From contig CBDFKD010000002.1 in the NCBI GenBank assembly GCA_965248695.1, positions 1,280,001 through 1,344,000 of the forward strand: a DNA stretch of 64,000 bases, read 5' to 3'. Under the pieces are notes generated by a model. The model made no database searches, was not told the origin of the DNA, and saw nothing but the letters and a program-made list of their open reading frames with translations. Positions 27,027 to 37,115 of the stretch are shown in pieces (position 1 is the first letter of the stretch; each line of letters starts with the position of its first letter). The translations under genes and the position numbers were made by a program. The DNA is from Acidobacteriota bacterium. Its GTDB lineage: Bacteria; Acidobacteriota; UBA890; WLXD01.

Positions 27027-29147
27027 ATGCTCCGACGGTTGACGATCGTCCTATGGGCGTCGGTAGCCCTGGGTGCGTGTGAGACGGAACCGGCACACTC
27101 ACCGCTCAACGAGTTGATGGTCGCGGAGGATGGTCGCGGCGCCACCGAAGACGACCTGCGCACGCTGCGCAATGCTGCCGGCGCATCGGAAACCACCTTG
27201 CGGCGCGCCGCCGCGCGCGCCCTCGGCCGCCTCGAGCGCGCTGACCTGTTGCCCGACATCCTGCCGCTGCTGGAGGATCCCGAGGCCGGCGTTCGCGCCG
27301 TCGCCGCCACTGCCGTGGGGCAGGCGCTGAGCCGGGGTGCGGGCGCAGCTGGATTCGAGATATTGCGCCGCCGTATGAGCACCGATCCGGATGCCGTCGC
27401 GGCGGGCGCAGCGGCCACCTCGATCGGCCGATTGGGTTACACCGCTGAGTCCGAGATCAATGCGGCCCAATCGGCGCTCTCGAGCTTCGCAAGCGGAGCG
27501 CTGGCCGCGCTGGCGGCTTCCGACGAGGCCGGATTGGGTGGCGACGATCCGATCACGCGGCTGCACGGTGCCTTGCGTGGCCTGGAGGCTCTGTTCCGGC
27601 TGCGCCCTGATCACGCTGCGGCACCCGAGCTCGAGGCGCTGCTCACCGAGCTATCGTCTCTCGGCCGAGACGATGCTGCGAATACAGCCCGCGGCCAGGT
27701 GCGGTTGCTCGCAGTGGCCGCCCTGGTCAACGCTGGCGCGCCTCTCTCTGACGATCTCCTGTTCGCCCTGCAACGCGATCCCCGCGTAGGTGTCCGCCGC
27801 CTCGCGGCCGGCGTCATCGGCGCGTCGCGCGACTATGGTTCGCTGCTGCTGGCGCGGGCGTTGCAGGACTCCGAAGCGCGTGTGCGGTATGGACTGCTCG
27901 CAGCGCTGAGCCGGCGAGCGCCAGAGCGCGGCGCCTGCTCGCGATTGCTCGCCGGGTTGCGCGACCAGGTGGCCACCATACGACTGCTGACGATCGACGC
28001 GCTTCCCGGCTGCGATGGAGCGACCGCCACGCTACGCCGGATCGTCGCCGACGTCGCCGATTCAGACACCGCAACCTGGCACGAGCCGGCACACGCACTC
28101 GCAACATTGGCATCGACAGACCCTACCGAGGCACGCTCGCCCGCTGAGGGTGCGAGCGTCCATCCCATCTGGCAGGTGCGCATGTACGCGGCCCGCGCCG
28201 CGGCGACCGCGGGCTGGGTCGACCTGCTGCGGGTGCTGGCGGCCGACGAAAATGCCAACGTGGCGGCAGCGGCGGTTGCCGGGTTGAGCGCCCACGCCAG
28301 CCGCGACGGCGATGACCTCTACCTCGAAGCACTCGCAAGCGACGATGGACAGCTGCTGATGGCTGCTGCGGCGGCGCTGGGAAACCGATCGTCGGCAGAC
28401 GAGTCGCCGGCGGGCGATTCTTCGGCAGGCCGGGCGACGGCGACACAACATCTGCTGGAGACACTGGAGCGCGTTACCGGCTTCGAGCGCCAGACGTCGC
28501 GGGATCCGCGCCGAGCGCTGTTGGCGACGATCGGCATCGTGGGCGAGCCTACCAACGCCGGAGCCGTCGTTCCCTACCTGCGGGATTTCGATGCCGTCGT
28601 CGCCTCGACCGCCGCCGACATTCTCCAGCGCTGGACCGGTCAGCGGCCAACGATCGATCCGCAGTCGCTACCGCCCGCTCCGTTCCCCACCGCCGAAGAG
28701 CTCGACGAGATCGACAACTCGCGTGCCGTGGTACGCATGCAAACGGGCGGCGAGATCGTCCTGCGCCTGTTGCCGCTCGAGGCGCCTGGCAACACGGCGC
28801 GCTTCGTGCGGCTGGCGCGACAAGGCTACCTCGACGGCCTCACGTTCCACCGCGTGGTGCCGAACTTCGTGATCCAGGGCGGCAGCCCGGGCGCCAACGA
28901 GTACGCCGGGGATGGCCCCTACACCCGCGACGAGATCACCGCCCGTTCGCATCTGCGCGGCACGGTCGGCATTTCGACACGCGGACGCGATACCGGCGAC
29001 GCTCAGATCTTCATTAACCTGATCGACAACCTGCGGCTCGACTTCAACTACACGATCATCGGCGAGGTAATCGCAGGTATGGATGTGGTGGACGGCATTC
29101 TGGAGGGGGCGATCATCGACTCGGTACGCGTCGAGCGGCGACGCTGA
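27027..29147 (+). CDS. Lipoprotein with HEAT repeats and a C-terminal cyclophilin-type PPIase
   Basis: Lipobox ALGAC; HEAT repeats (LRRAAARALGRL); FHRVVPNFVIQGG and GRDTGDAQIFINL. Confidence 0.88.
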   Translation: MLRRLTIVLWASVALGACETEPAHSPLNELMVAEDGRGATEDDLRTLRNAAGASETTLRRAAARALGRLERADLLPDILPLLEDPEAGVRAVAATAVGQALSRGAGAAGFEILRRRMSTDPDAVAAGAAATSIGRLGYTAESEINAAQSALSSFASGALAALAASDEAGLGGDDPITRLHGALRGLEALFRLRPDHAAAPELEALLTELSSLGRDDAANTARGQVRLLAVAALVNAGAPLSDDLLFALQRDPRVGVRRLAAGVIGASRDYGSLLLARALQDSEARVRYGLLAALSRRAPERGACSRLLAGLRDQVATIRLLTIDALPGCDGATATLRRIVADVADSDTATWHEPAHALATLASTDPTEARSPAEGASVHPIWQVRMYAARAAATAGWVDLLRVLAADENANVAAAAVAGLSAHASRDGDDLYLEALASDDGQLLMAAAAALGNRSSADESPAGDSSAGRATATQHLLETLERVTGFERQTSRDPRRALLATIGIVGEPTNAGAVVPYLRDFDAVVASTAADILQRWTGQRPTIDPQSLPPAPFPTAEELDEIDNSRAVVRMQTGGEIVLRLLPLEAPGNTARFVRLARQGYLDGLTFHRVVPNFVIQGGSPGANEYAGDGPYTRDEITARSHLRGTVGISTRGRDTGDAQIFINLIDNLRLDFNYTIIGEVIAGMDVVDGILEGAIIDSVRVERRR

Positions 29148-29150
29148 CGA

Positions 29151-31100
29151 TCAGTAGCGGTAGCCGAGCAGATTCCAGTACCACAGCTGCCACAGCGTGG
29201 CCACGAACGCGATGGTCAGCAAGGTGTACACGACGCGCGCCAGGAAACCACCGGAACCCCGGCGCCACAGCCTGATGGCGAAGTAGATCGCCGCCAGCAC
29301 CACGGGGATCGCCAGCAGCGGCAAGGTCAAGGCGGCCGGAAGCAGCGGTCCAACGCCGAACACGATCTGATTGGGGTCGCTGAGCAGCGACCCCAACATC
29401 GCGCCGAAGGCCAGAAATAACGCGCTGCCGAGCCAGCCGGTGACCTTGGTCAGCAGCGGTATGCGCCGCTCCGGCGGCAGTGTGTAACCGTGCTTGCGGC
29501 GCAGCAATGCGGCGGCTGGCCATAGCAAGGTGGCGCCGACAAAGAGCACCAGCGAGCACACCAGGATGAGCGCGTGGAACGACGGGTCGCCGGCCAGGCC
29601 GACGCGCTCGAACGCGATCACCGGTACCCAGCCCAAGAACAGGTGGGTGATCTCGCCGTCGGCGCTCTCGCGAAAGGCAATATGCCGCTGGCCGTGTTGC
29701 TCGCGGAAGGTCAAGGGCGCCACCTCAATCCAGCGCGTAGCGCCCGTGGCTTCGCTGGTAAGCGCCTCGCCGTCCTCGCTGACGCTCACCTCCGCGACAC
29801 CGACCGCCGCCAGCTTTGCCAGCGTCCGGTGCGAGTAGCGAACGGCTCGATACTGGCCCGCAAAGCGCTGGCCACGTTCAGCGAAGTCGTCTGGCGCGTC
29901 GATCTCGGCCGGATCATCGGCCGGGAAGTACTCGTTCATGAATGCCGCGTACACCTCGCTGGCCACGCCGCCGCCGTTGACGCTGTTGAACGACACGAAC
30001 ACGCCGGTCCCGTGGTCGGGAAGCAGCCCCATGTCGGAATGGAACCAGAGCGTGTCGCCACCGTGGCCCAGGACACGCTCGCCGTTCATGCTCATCTCGT
30101 AGAAGCCGTGCGCCATCGGGTGCATCTGTTCGGCGTGGCGGAACAGCTCGCCCTGCATCTGTGCCGCCGTCGACTCGTCGAGAATCCGCGTCTCGTCGAT
30201 CACTCCAAGCTGCAGGTGGGCGATCATGAAACGCGCCATATCCGCGGCGGTGGCACCGGCCGCCCCCACCGGTGCGAGCGGCACGAACTCGAAGTCCTCC
30301 TGGTCAAATGCGGTGCCATTCCAGCTGTAACCCAGCGACATCACCGCATCGAGCGCGGCCGGAAACGGCTGTCTGAAGGTCGTGTGGGTCATGCCGAGCG
30401 GCTCGATGATGTGACGCTCGACATATTCGTCCCAGGACAGCCCCGACACCTCCTCGACGATGAGGGCCGCGAGACCGGTGCCATGATTGGAGTAGGACGA
30501 CAGCTCGCCGGGCGGCCGCACACGAGCCGGCAGCTCGCGCTGCAGGATCGTCTCGAGCGGGGCCAGGGCGGTGTCGTCGCGGGCGAACAGCCCGATCACC
30601 TGATCCTCGAAGCCCGGCGTGTGGGTCATCAGATGTCGGACGCGAACAGGCTCGTCGTAGGTGGCCGGTACCTCGACATCGGTCAGGTAGTCGTTGACAT
30701 CGGCGTCGAGACCGATGCGTCCCTGCTGCACGAGCTGCATGATCGCGGTCCACACGAAGAGCTTGGAGATCGAGCCAATGCGAAACAAGGTCTCGTTGGC
30801 GCTCACCCGGCGACGCTCGTCGACGTCGGCGAAGCCGTAGCCCTTGGCCAGCAGCACCGCGCCGTCCCGTACCACGGCAGCGGTGGCACCGGCGATGTTG
30901 TTCGCGTCGAGGTGGGCCGCCATGAGGCCGTCGAAGAACGCCTCCACGTGTGCCGGATCTACCGGACTGCGTACGGCGACAGGCTCTGTGTGCTCGACCT
31001 CTGCCACCTCCGGCAGCGCGCCGTCTTGGGCCACTGCCTCGGACGGACAGGTGACCGAGACGACGACTAGCCAGAGGACTCCAGCGATCACTCGGCGCAT
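29151..31100 (-). CDS. Beta-lactamase-family serine hydrolase with C-terminal TM helices
   Basis: SxxK motif (GSISKLF), YSN, LMTHTPGF and GHGGDT; three C-terminal TMs. Start may be 31157. Confidence 0.88.
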   Translation of the reverse strand: MRRVIAGVLWLVVVSVTCPSEAVAQDGALPEVAEVEHTEPVAVRSPVDPAHVEAFFDGLMAAHLDANNIAGATAAVVRDGAVLLAKGYGFADVDERRRVSANETLFRIGSISKLFVWTAIMQLVQQGRIGLDADVNDYLTDVEVPATYDEPVRVRHLMTHTPGFEDQVIGLFARDDTALAPLETILQRELPARVRPPGELSSYSNHGTGLAALIVEEVSGLSWDEYVERHIIEPLGMTHTTFRQPFPAALDAVMSLGYSWNGTAFDQEDFEFVPLAPVGAAGATAADMARFMIAHLQLGVIDETRILDESTAAQMQGELFRHAEQMHPMAHGFYEMSMNGERVLGHGGDTLWFHSDMGLLPDHGTGVFVSFNSVNGGGVASEVYAAFMNEYFPADDPAEIDAPDDFAERGQRFAGQYRAVRYSHRTLAKLAAVGVAEVSVSEDGEALTSEATGATRWIEVAPLTFREQHGQRHIAFRESADGEITHLFLGWVPVIAFERVGLAGDPSFHALILVCSLVLFVGATLLWPAAALLRRKHGYTLPPERRIPLLTKVTGWLGSALFLAFGAMLGSLLSDPNQIVFGVGPLLPAALTLPLLAIPVVLAAIYFAIRLWRRGSGGFLARVVYTLLTIAFVATLWQLWYWNLLGYRY

Positions 31101-31247
31101 CAAAGGCCACCTCCGCGATTCGGTTCGATCGGTGCCGCGCACAGGATGCGGCGTCACTTCCGCCCATACAAGCTGCGGCGGCCCGGGGATCCACTGGTGC
31201 CGCCGCCGAGATCCCGGTGGTGGCCGGAATCTCCGGTGGCAGCTCGG

Positions 31248-31760
31248 TCAGAGCCCGGCGTCACGACACTGCTGCAATCCGTTGCCCGCGTGTAGCAGCA
31301 GCTTGCGATCGCTCTCCTGTTCGAGCAACGACTCGAAGACCTTCACCGCCCGCGGATCGGGTCCGCCTGAGGCCAACATGATGGTCGCCATGCGACGTAC
31401 GCGGATGCTGTCGTCGTTTTCGATGCGTTGAATCAGCAGCGGGACCACGTCGATGGGGTTTTCGCCCTCCTTGCATCGATCGCACGCGAGCGAGTGCACC
31501 GCCCACATGCGCACCTGACTCTTGGGATCGTGCAGCAGCGGTACCAGCAGCTCGAGCGACGCGGTATCGGCATGATGGTCGAGGTAGATGGCGCACCAGC
31601 GCCTTACTTGCCAGCGTCCGTCGCTGAGGCCCTGGCGGATCGCCGGTAGGGCATCGGCGCCGAGAGCGTCGAGCGCCACGTAGGCCTCCCACCGGGAATC
31701 GCTCTCGGCGAATCGGTCGACGAACTGCGCGGCACGCTCGTGGGTCTGGATGTTCTGCAT
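31248..31760 (-). CDS. Small HEAT-repeat protein with CxxC
   Basis: RBS GAGGAG; WQVRRWCA, SQVRMWAVHSLACDRCK and IRVRRMA repeats. Confidence 0.75.
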   Translation of the reverse strand: MQNIQTHERAAQFVDRFAESDSRWEAYVALDALGADALPAIRQGLSDGRWQVRRWCAIYLDHHADTASLELLVPLLHDPKSQVRMWAVHSLACDRCKEGENPIDVVPLLIQRIENDDSIRVRRMATIMLASGGPDPRAVKVFESLLEQESDRKLLLHAGNGLQQCRDAGL

Positions 31761-32061
31761 CTCTGCTCTCCTCGGCCGGTCAGAACCCGGCGCCATTCGA
31801 GCGGCAGACCCGGCTCGAGAATCGAAAAAGGCCACGCGCTCGCTCCACAGATCAACCGAGGCCGCCAAAACGTTGCTGGCGGGCCGACGGTCGATGGAGT
31901 GAGCGCGGGGCCAACCCCGCGCGCACAGATGTGCGAAAAGATTGTCGGGTCTCCGGCGCCGCGTCAAGCTCCCTCGGTGGGCAGGCGGGAGGGACACGAG
32001 CCCAAGCGGAAGAGCTACTGCTCAGCCGGGGAGACCGGAGTCCAGACCGGGGGACCGGGGC

Positions 32062-32388
32062 TCAGGCGGGGGTATCGGGCAACCCCTGCCACAGCGAGTC
32101 GAACATCTCCCGCGACCGCCGCATGGCCCGCTCACCGCGGGGCTGCAGGGCAAAGAAACGTTTGGCGCGGCCGCCACGCTCGCTGGTGGGCTCGCCGAGC
32201 GACGATCTCAGCATCCCTTTCTGCTCCATGCGGCGTAGCGTCGCGTAGACGGCGCCGATCGAGACGGAGCGGCCGGTACAACGCTCGATCTCGAGGCGAA
32301 TGGTCATGCCGTAGGCGTCGCCGCCGAGGCGCGCCAGCGTCGACAGCACGACGAGCTCGAACTCGCCCAGATAGTCCCCTTTACCCAT
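32062..32388 (-). CDS. PadR-family regulator
   Basis: LGEFELVVL, AYGMTI, IGAVYATLRRMEQKG and ERGGRAKRFF. Confidence 0.92.
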   Translation of the reverse strand: MGKGDYLGEFELVVLSTLARLGGDAYGMTIRLEIERCTGRSVSIGAVYATLRRMEQKGMLRSSLGEPTSERGGRAKRFFALQPRGERAMRRSREMFDSLWQGLPDTPA

Positions 32389-32391
32389 GTG

Positions 32392-35079
32392 TCAATCCAT
32401 CCGCAACGCGATCACCGGATCGATGCGGATGGCGCGTCGAGCCGGGATCCACGTGGCCAACAAGGCAGTGACCGCAAGCACGGCAATCACAGTGCTGAGC
32501 ACCAGTGGATCGGTGGTGCTGACACCGTTGAAGGCGTTCGCCAGGATGCGGCTGAGCCCGAACCCTCCGAGCAGCCCGGCGAGCATCCCGAACACAATCA
32601 GCACGACGGCCTGGCGGCCGATGAGACGAGCCACCTCGATACCACGAGCACCGAGGGCCATGCGGATGCCGATCTCCTGAGTGCGCTGCGAGACGGCATA
32701 AGAGATCACGCCGTAGATGCCGGCGGCCGCCATTACGCCGGCGAACACGGCGAACACCACGAAGATCATCAGCAGGGTCTCGCCGGCGGCAAGCGCATCG
32801 TCGACGATCTGCGACATGGTGCGCATGTCCGAGATCGGCTGGTCGCGATCGATCTCCCATATCGCCTGCCGCACCGAGCCAGCAGCGGCAAGCGGGTCGC
32901 CGTCGGTCTCGATCAGCATCGCCATCCCCCGCCGGACGTTCTGCTGATACGGCAGCAGCATCATCGGGAACCAGGGATTCTCCGGATCACCGCTGTTGAT
33001 GTTGCCGAAGATGCCGACGATCTCCAACCAGCGATCGGCCTCCTCGACGCCACCGTCCACCCCGTCGTCTACCCCGAGCCTTATTCGCTGGCCGAGGGCG
33101 CTGTCGTCGGGCCAGAAACGCTCGGCGGCATCGGCGTTGATCATCGCCACCGAGATCCCGTCGACATTGTCGTCGAGAGTCAACGAGCGCCCCTCCAGCA
33201 ACGGCAACCCGATGGTCTCGAGCCCGCCGTCCGAGGCCACGGAAACCAGTGCCCACGGCATCTCCGTGGCCTCGGGAATCGGGCGGCCCTCGACCTGGAA
33301 GTTCAAGTTCGGCGGGAAGCTCTGGTAGATACGCTCGCTCACCAGCGCCGCCTGGCGCACCTGCGGCACCTGCCGTACGCGTGCCAAGGCGTCGTCGAAG
33401 TACGCGCGCCAGTCAGACTCGTCGGGGTACTGCGCCGCAGGCAGATCCAGGCGCAGGGTCAGCAGGCCGGCGGTGGAGAATCCGGGGTCGAGAATACGGG
33501 TCTCGATCATGCCGCGGATCGCCAACCCGGCGACGATCATCAACGACAGGGCGAGTGCCACCTGTGCACCGACCAGCGTCCGGCGCCCGCGCAGGCCGGC
33601 ACCGGAGTTACCGCGACCGCCCTCCTTGAGCGCCTCGACAACATCGGGCCGTGAGGCGCGCATGGCCGGCAGCAGACCGAAGAGTATCGGCGCCAACCCT
33701 GCCACCAGCACGGTGAACGCCAACACGTTGCCGTCGATGGTAACGATCTTCAGGAAGTTGGAGATGCCGCTGTTGGCACCGGCCATCCAGACGAGCCCCA
33801 TGAGGAACACCTTCGCCAGCCCCAGGCCGACCACTGCCGAGGCCAACGAGAGCAACGCGCTCTCGGTCACCAGCTGGCTCAGAATGCGCGAGCGCCGGGC
33901 ACCCAGCGCAGCGCGCACGGCGATCTCGCGGCCGCGCGCCGATGCGCGAGCCAGCATCATCGTGGCCACGTTGGAGCAGGCAATCAACATCACCAAGCCG
34001 ACGGTCAGCGACAGCAGCAGCAGCAGCAGCGCCCAGGTTTGTGGCGGCGCCAGCGCACCGTTCATGTCGACCACGGTCGGCAGCCAGCCGGCGTTGGTGT
34101 CCGGATACTCCTCGGCCAGGCGGCGTCCGATGGCGGCAACCTCCTGGTCCGCCTGTTCGGCGCTGACGCCCGGCTTCAGTCGGCCGCTGATCCAGAGGTT
34201 GCGTACGTCGCGGCGCACGGCAGCGCGTTCCAGAGTCAGCGGAACCCATACCTCGGCGGTGGCCAGCGAGCCGAACTCGAGCTCCTCCGTGACCACGCCG
34301 ATGATGGCGGTCTCGTAGCCATCGAGCCGAATGGTTCGGCCAAGCACGCTGTCGTCACCTTCGAAACGATTCTGCCAGGTGTGGTACGCAAGCACCGCGA
34401 CGCGAGCGGCACCGGGCTTGTCCTCGCCTTGCGCAAATCCACGCCCGAGTACGATCGGCACACCCCACAGCTCAAAGATGTTGGCCAGCGCCTCGAAGCC
34501 GCTGATCTGTACCGGCTCATCCCCGCCGGTGAGGATGAAGCTTGCTCCCCGGTTCACCGCCGTGGTGCTCGCGAACGACGTGATCTGATCGCGGATATCC
34601 ATGTAGTCGGCGGCCGACACCGGCGCAGTGAGGACTCCTCGATCGGCGTTGGTCGAGTAGAAGAAGCCCATGCTGTCCGGATCGGCGATCGGCAGCGGCC
34701 GCAGCAGGATGGGGTTGAGCATGCTGAAGATCGCCATGTTGACGCCGATGGCCAACGCCAGCGTCAGGATGGTGAGCAGCGCGAACTGCGGCGCCTTGAG
34801 CAGACTGCGAACGCCATAGCGGAGATCCTGTGGCAACGAGCGCATGAGGGCGGTTCCTGAGTCGGGGGACGGGTTCACGACCAGCAACGAGCGGAGTACC
34901 TGGCCCCAGTACCAGCGATAGGCAGCGTGCCTACCGAGCAACGGCAGCCGGACGCGTCGGTACTCTTCGGCCAGGTCGCCGACCACACATTCACGGTCGA
35001 CGGCGGGAACTCGGAGGCGAAGCAGAGCCTCCGCCAGGCGCGGTGTGCGAGGGCTGCGGCGGCGCGGCGACCGACTCAT
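32392..35079 (-). CDS. Duplicated ABC permease (ADOP type)
   Basis: GDLAEEY N-terminal prefix, QDLRYGVRSL, REIAVRAALGA, RTQEIGIRMALGA and PARRAIRIDPVIALR. Confidence 0.92.
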   Translation of the reverse strand: MSRSPRRRSPRTPRLAEALLRLRVPAVDRECVVGDLAEEYRRVRLPLLGRHAAYRWYWGQVLRSLLVVNPSPDSGTALMRSLPQDLRYGVRSLLKAPQFALLTILTLALAIGVNMAIFSMLNPILLRPLPIADPDSMGFFYSTNADRGVLTAPVSAADYMDIRDQITSFASTTAVNRGASFILTGGDEPVQISGFEALANIFELWGVPIVLGRGFAQGEDKPGAARVAVLAYHTWQNRFEGDDSVLGRTIRLDGYETAIIGVVTEELEFGSLATAEVWVPLTLERAAVRRDVRNLWISGRLKPGVSAEQADQEVAAIGRRLAEEYPDTNAGWLPTVVDMNGALAPPQTWALLLLLLSLTVGLVMLIACSNVATMMLARASARGREIAVRAALGARRSRILSQLVTESALLSLASAVVGLGLAKVFLMGLVWMAGANSGISNFLKIVTIDGNVLAFTVLVAGLAPILFGLLPAMRASRPDVVEALKEGGRGNSGAGLRGRRTLVGAQVALALSLMIVAGLAIRGMIETRILDPGFSTAGLLTLRLDLPAAQYPDESDWRAYFDDALARVRQVPQVRQAALVSERIYQSFPPNLNFQVEGRPIPEATEMPWALVSVASDGGLETIGLPLLEGRSLTLDDNVDGISVAMINADAAERFWPDDSALGQRIRLGVDDGVDGGVEEADRWLEIVGIFGNINSGDPENPWFPMMLLPYQQNVRRGMAMLIETDGDPLAAAGSVRQAIWEIDRDQPISDMRTMSQIVDDALAAGETLLMIFVVFAVFAGVMAAAGIYGVISYAVSQRTQEIGIRMALGARGIEVARLIGRQAVVLIVFGMLAGLLGGFGLSRILANAFNGVSTTDPLVLSTVIAVLAVTALLATWIPARRAIRIDPVIALRMD

Positions 35080-35122
35080 GGGTTGCTCAGACTGCCGGTC
35101 TTGCGCCCGCCGGGTAGTGATT

Positions 35123-35154
35123 TTTCGTACATGATAGAGGAAATACGTACGAAA
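35123..35154. promoter_or_regulatory. Inverted repeat upstream of the second ADOP (candidate PadR box)
   Basis: TTTCGTAC-N16-GTACGAAA in an AT-rich intergenic region. Confidence 0.45.
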
Positions 35155-35166
35155 CCGCCTGGAGTT

Positions 35167-35880
35167 TCATCTGCCACCGATCGGGCGGCGGCGAATGTTG
35201 AACCAATAGCCCGGCCAGATCAGCAGGATCCCGACCAGCTCCATAAGGTAGAGCACCTCGGTGTGACCCATGCGGCTCGCAGCCCCTCCGACCCCCGGCA
35301 GGATCGCGCCGATGGCGATCAGGACGTTGCCGACGAGCCGATCGCGCGCGATCCCCGGCTCGCTGGCGCTGGCCGCCCGCCCGAAGCGCCAGGCGGACAG
35401 GACGGCGCCGCCGAAAAGGAAGATCACCGCGTAGGTGTTGATGAACGGGCTGAACCCCCGTACCCATTGCCAGCCGAAGGCAGTTCCACTCGGCAGGTGA
35501 GGATCCACGACCTCATAGTTGATCGGGCTGGCAATCACGCATGCCGACGCCACCACCGCGACCGCAACGAGCGCGAACGTGAGCACCCGTGCCGTCCGTG
35601 CCCGCAGCAACAGCCACACCGTGCCCTGGGCCAGCGGTGCCCCTCCGAGCAGCGCCCCAACGATGTACCAGAACTTGAAGACGAAGGCGTTCCAACCGAA
35701 GAGCGTGATCCACCCCTCGGCGAACGTGCCCAGTCCATAGACCAGGATCCCGCCACTCCACCACAAGAGGTGATTGCCGCCTCCGCGAGCCAGGTACCGC
35801 CGGTATACGGCGGCGGCGAACACCAACGACAACGCCGTGGTCGCAATCGGCAGGTAATGCAATATCGAGACGGGCGCCAT
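35167..35880 (-). CDS. Uncharacterised multi-pass membrane protein
   Basis: About 7 hydrophobic helices; HLLWWSGG and WYIVGALLGGAPLAQGTVWLL. Confidence 0.75.
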   Translation of the reverse strand: MAPVSILHYLPIATTALSLVFAAAVYRRYLARGGGNHLLWWSGGILVYGLGTFAEGWITLFGWNAFVFKFWYIVGALLGGAPLAQGTVWLLLRARTARVLTFALVAVAVVASACVIASPINYEVVDPHLPSGTAFGWQWVRGFSPFINTYAVIFLFGGAVLSAWRFGRAASASEPGIARDRLVGNVLIAIGAILPGVGGAASRMGHTEVLYLMELVGILLIWPGYWFNIRRRPIGGR

Positions 35881-36053
35881 GTCGCTCCAGGCAGGTGGGC
35901 AGGATCCGTCACGGTCGAAGCAATACTCCACCGAGCCGCTGGTCCAAATGTCACATCCGTATCATCGCGCCCGCGCGGGAGGATCGGTGCGAAAGCTAGC
36001 CCCTGGCGACCGTCTCAGTTGTTCAGGGCAAATGAATCCTGGGTTGTGTAATG

Positions 36054-36073
36054 AACATACGTAGATGTATGTT
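36054..36073. promoter_or_regulatory. vapBC operator palindrome
   Basis: AACATAC-GTAGAT-GTATGTT just upstream of the antitoxin. Confidence 0.55.
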
Positions 36074-36082
36074 TCCTACATC

Positions 36083-36361
36083 ATGCGAAAATGAGTTCAA
36101 GTACTCGTGTCCCAGGTCGATATGGACCAATTCCGTCGCGCGGCCGAGCGCGACGGAATCTCCTTGAGCGCCTGGCTGCGCGGCGCCGGGCTGGAGCGGC
36201 TTCGCGGTCAACGAGCAGACAGCCTGAGGACGCCGGACGATCTGCGACGCTTCTTCGAGGAGTGCGCTCGGCGCGAAGCCGACCAGGGCCACGAGCCCGG
36301 GTGGGAGCAACACCGGCGAGCGATCGACGCGTCGCGCTCCAGTGGACAGTCGTCGACGTGA
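36083..36361 (+). pseudogene. VapB-like RHH antitoxin with in-frame TGA at codon 4 (possible restart at GTG 36107)
   Basis: Reads MRK*VQVLVSQVDMDQFRRAAERDGISLSAWLR...EPGWEQH; GTGA overlap with vapC. Confidence 0.65.
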
Positions 36362-36735
36362 TCTTCCTGGATACCAATGTGTTCATGTATGCCGTCGGCC
36401 GACCACATCCCTTACGGCCGCCGGAGGCACAGGAGTTCCTCGAGGCATCGATCGGGGGCCGAAGCCTGTGCACCTCGGCCGAGGTGCTGCAGGAGCTAGT
36501 CCACGCCTACGTAGCGGTCGACCGCCTCTCGACGCTGGATGCCGCGCTGCAGCTGGCGCGCGATGTCACCGCCGAAGTGTGGCCCATCGAGCTCGACGAC
36601 GTGCTGCTGGCGCGCGACCTCGTTCAGGCGAATCCGGGCCTCGGTGCGCGCGACCTGCTGCACCTGGCATGCCGGCGGCGCGAGGTCGTGGAGGTGAAGA
36701 CGTTCGATCGTGGGCTCAGGGCAGCGTTCGCGTAG
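36358..36735 (+). CDS. vapC: VapC PIN-domain toxin
   Basis: IFLDTNVFMYA, TSAEVLQE, ARDLLHLA and TFDRGL. Confidence 0.88.
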   Translation: MIFLDTNVFMYAVGRPHPLRPPEAQEFLEASIGGRSLCTSAEVLQELVHAYVAVDRLSTLDAALQLARDVTAEVWPIELDDVLLARDLVQANPGLGARDLLHLACRRREVVEVKTFDRGLRAAFA

Positions 36736-37009
36736 GGCCGTCCTCGACGGTGTAGTCGACCTCGAGCAGCTCTCCACGGCGCGCCTCGGTGGCTTGCCGC
36801 ACGCGCCGGCCGTTCCACCAGATGCGCAACGCGGCGACCGCTGCGAGCACCAACGCCACAACGAACCCGGCAGTGAGCAGAAAGAACCCGAGCGCCAGCA
36901 CCACGACGGTCGCCAGCGCCCAAACGAGGCGCCCGAGTACCGTGGTTGGCGGGGAGAGCACGACCGTGCGTCGGACCATCAGAGCTCCGCGGGGAGACGG
37001 AGTCATCAT
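36716..37009 (-). CDS. Small membrane protein
   Basis: Long hydrophobic segment followed by GELLEVDYTVE. Start uncertain. Confidence 0.55.
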   Translation of the reverse strand: MMTPSPRGALMVRRTVVLSPPTTVLGRLVWALATVVVLALGFFLLTAGFVVALVLAAVAALRIWWNGRRVRQATEARRGELLEVDYTVEDGPTRTLP

Positions 37010-37115
37010 GGTACCAGTCGCGCTTGTCACGGCGCCGTGCTTGGACCCGACCTGCAGCGGTAATATGGATGCCTGACGGTACCGATGCGACGCGGCTCGA
37101 CTGGGAGGTGAGCCG

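Noticed and set aside
36092-36094. Selenocysteine or genetic-code reassignment at the TGA
   Set aside because: The position is not Cys-like, and TGA is used as a normal stop throughout the window.
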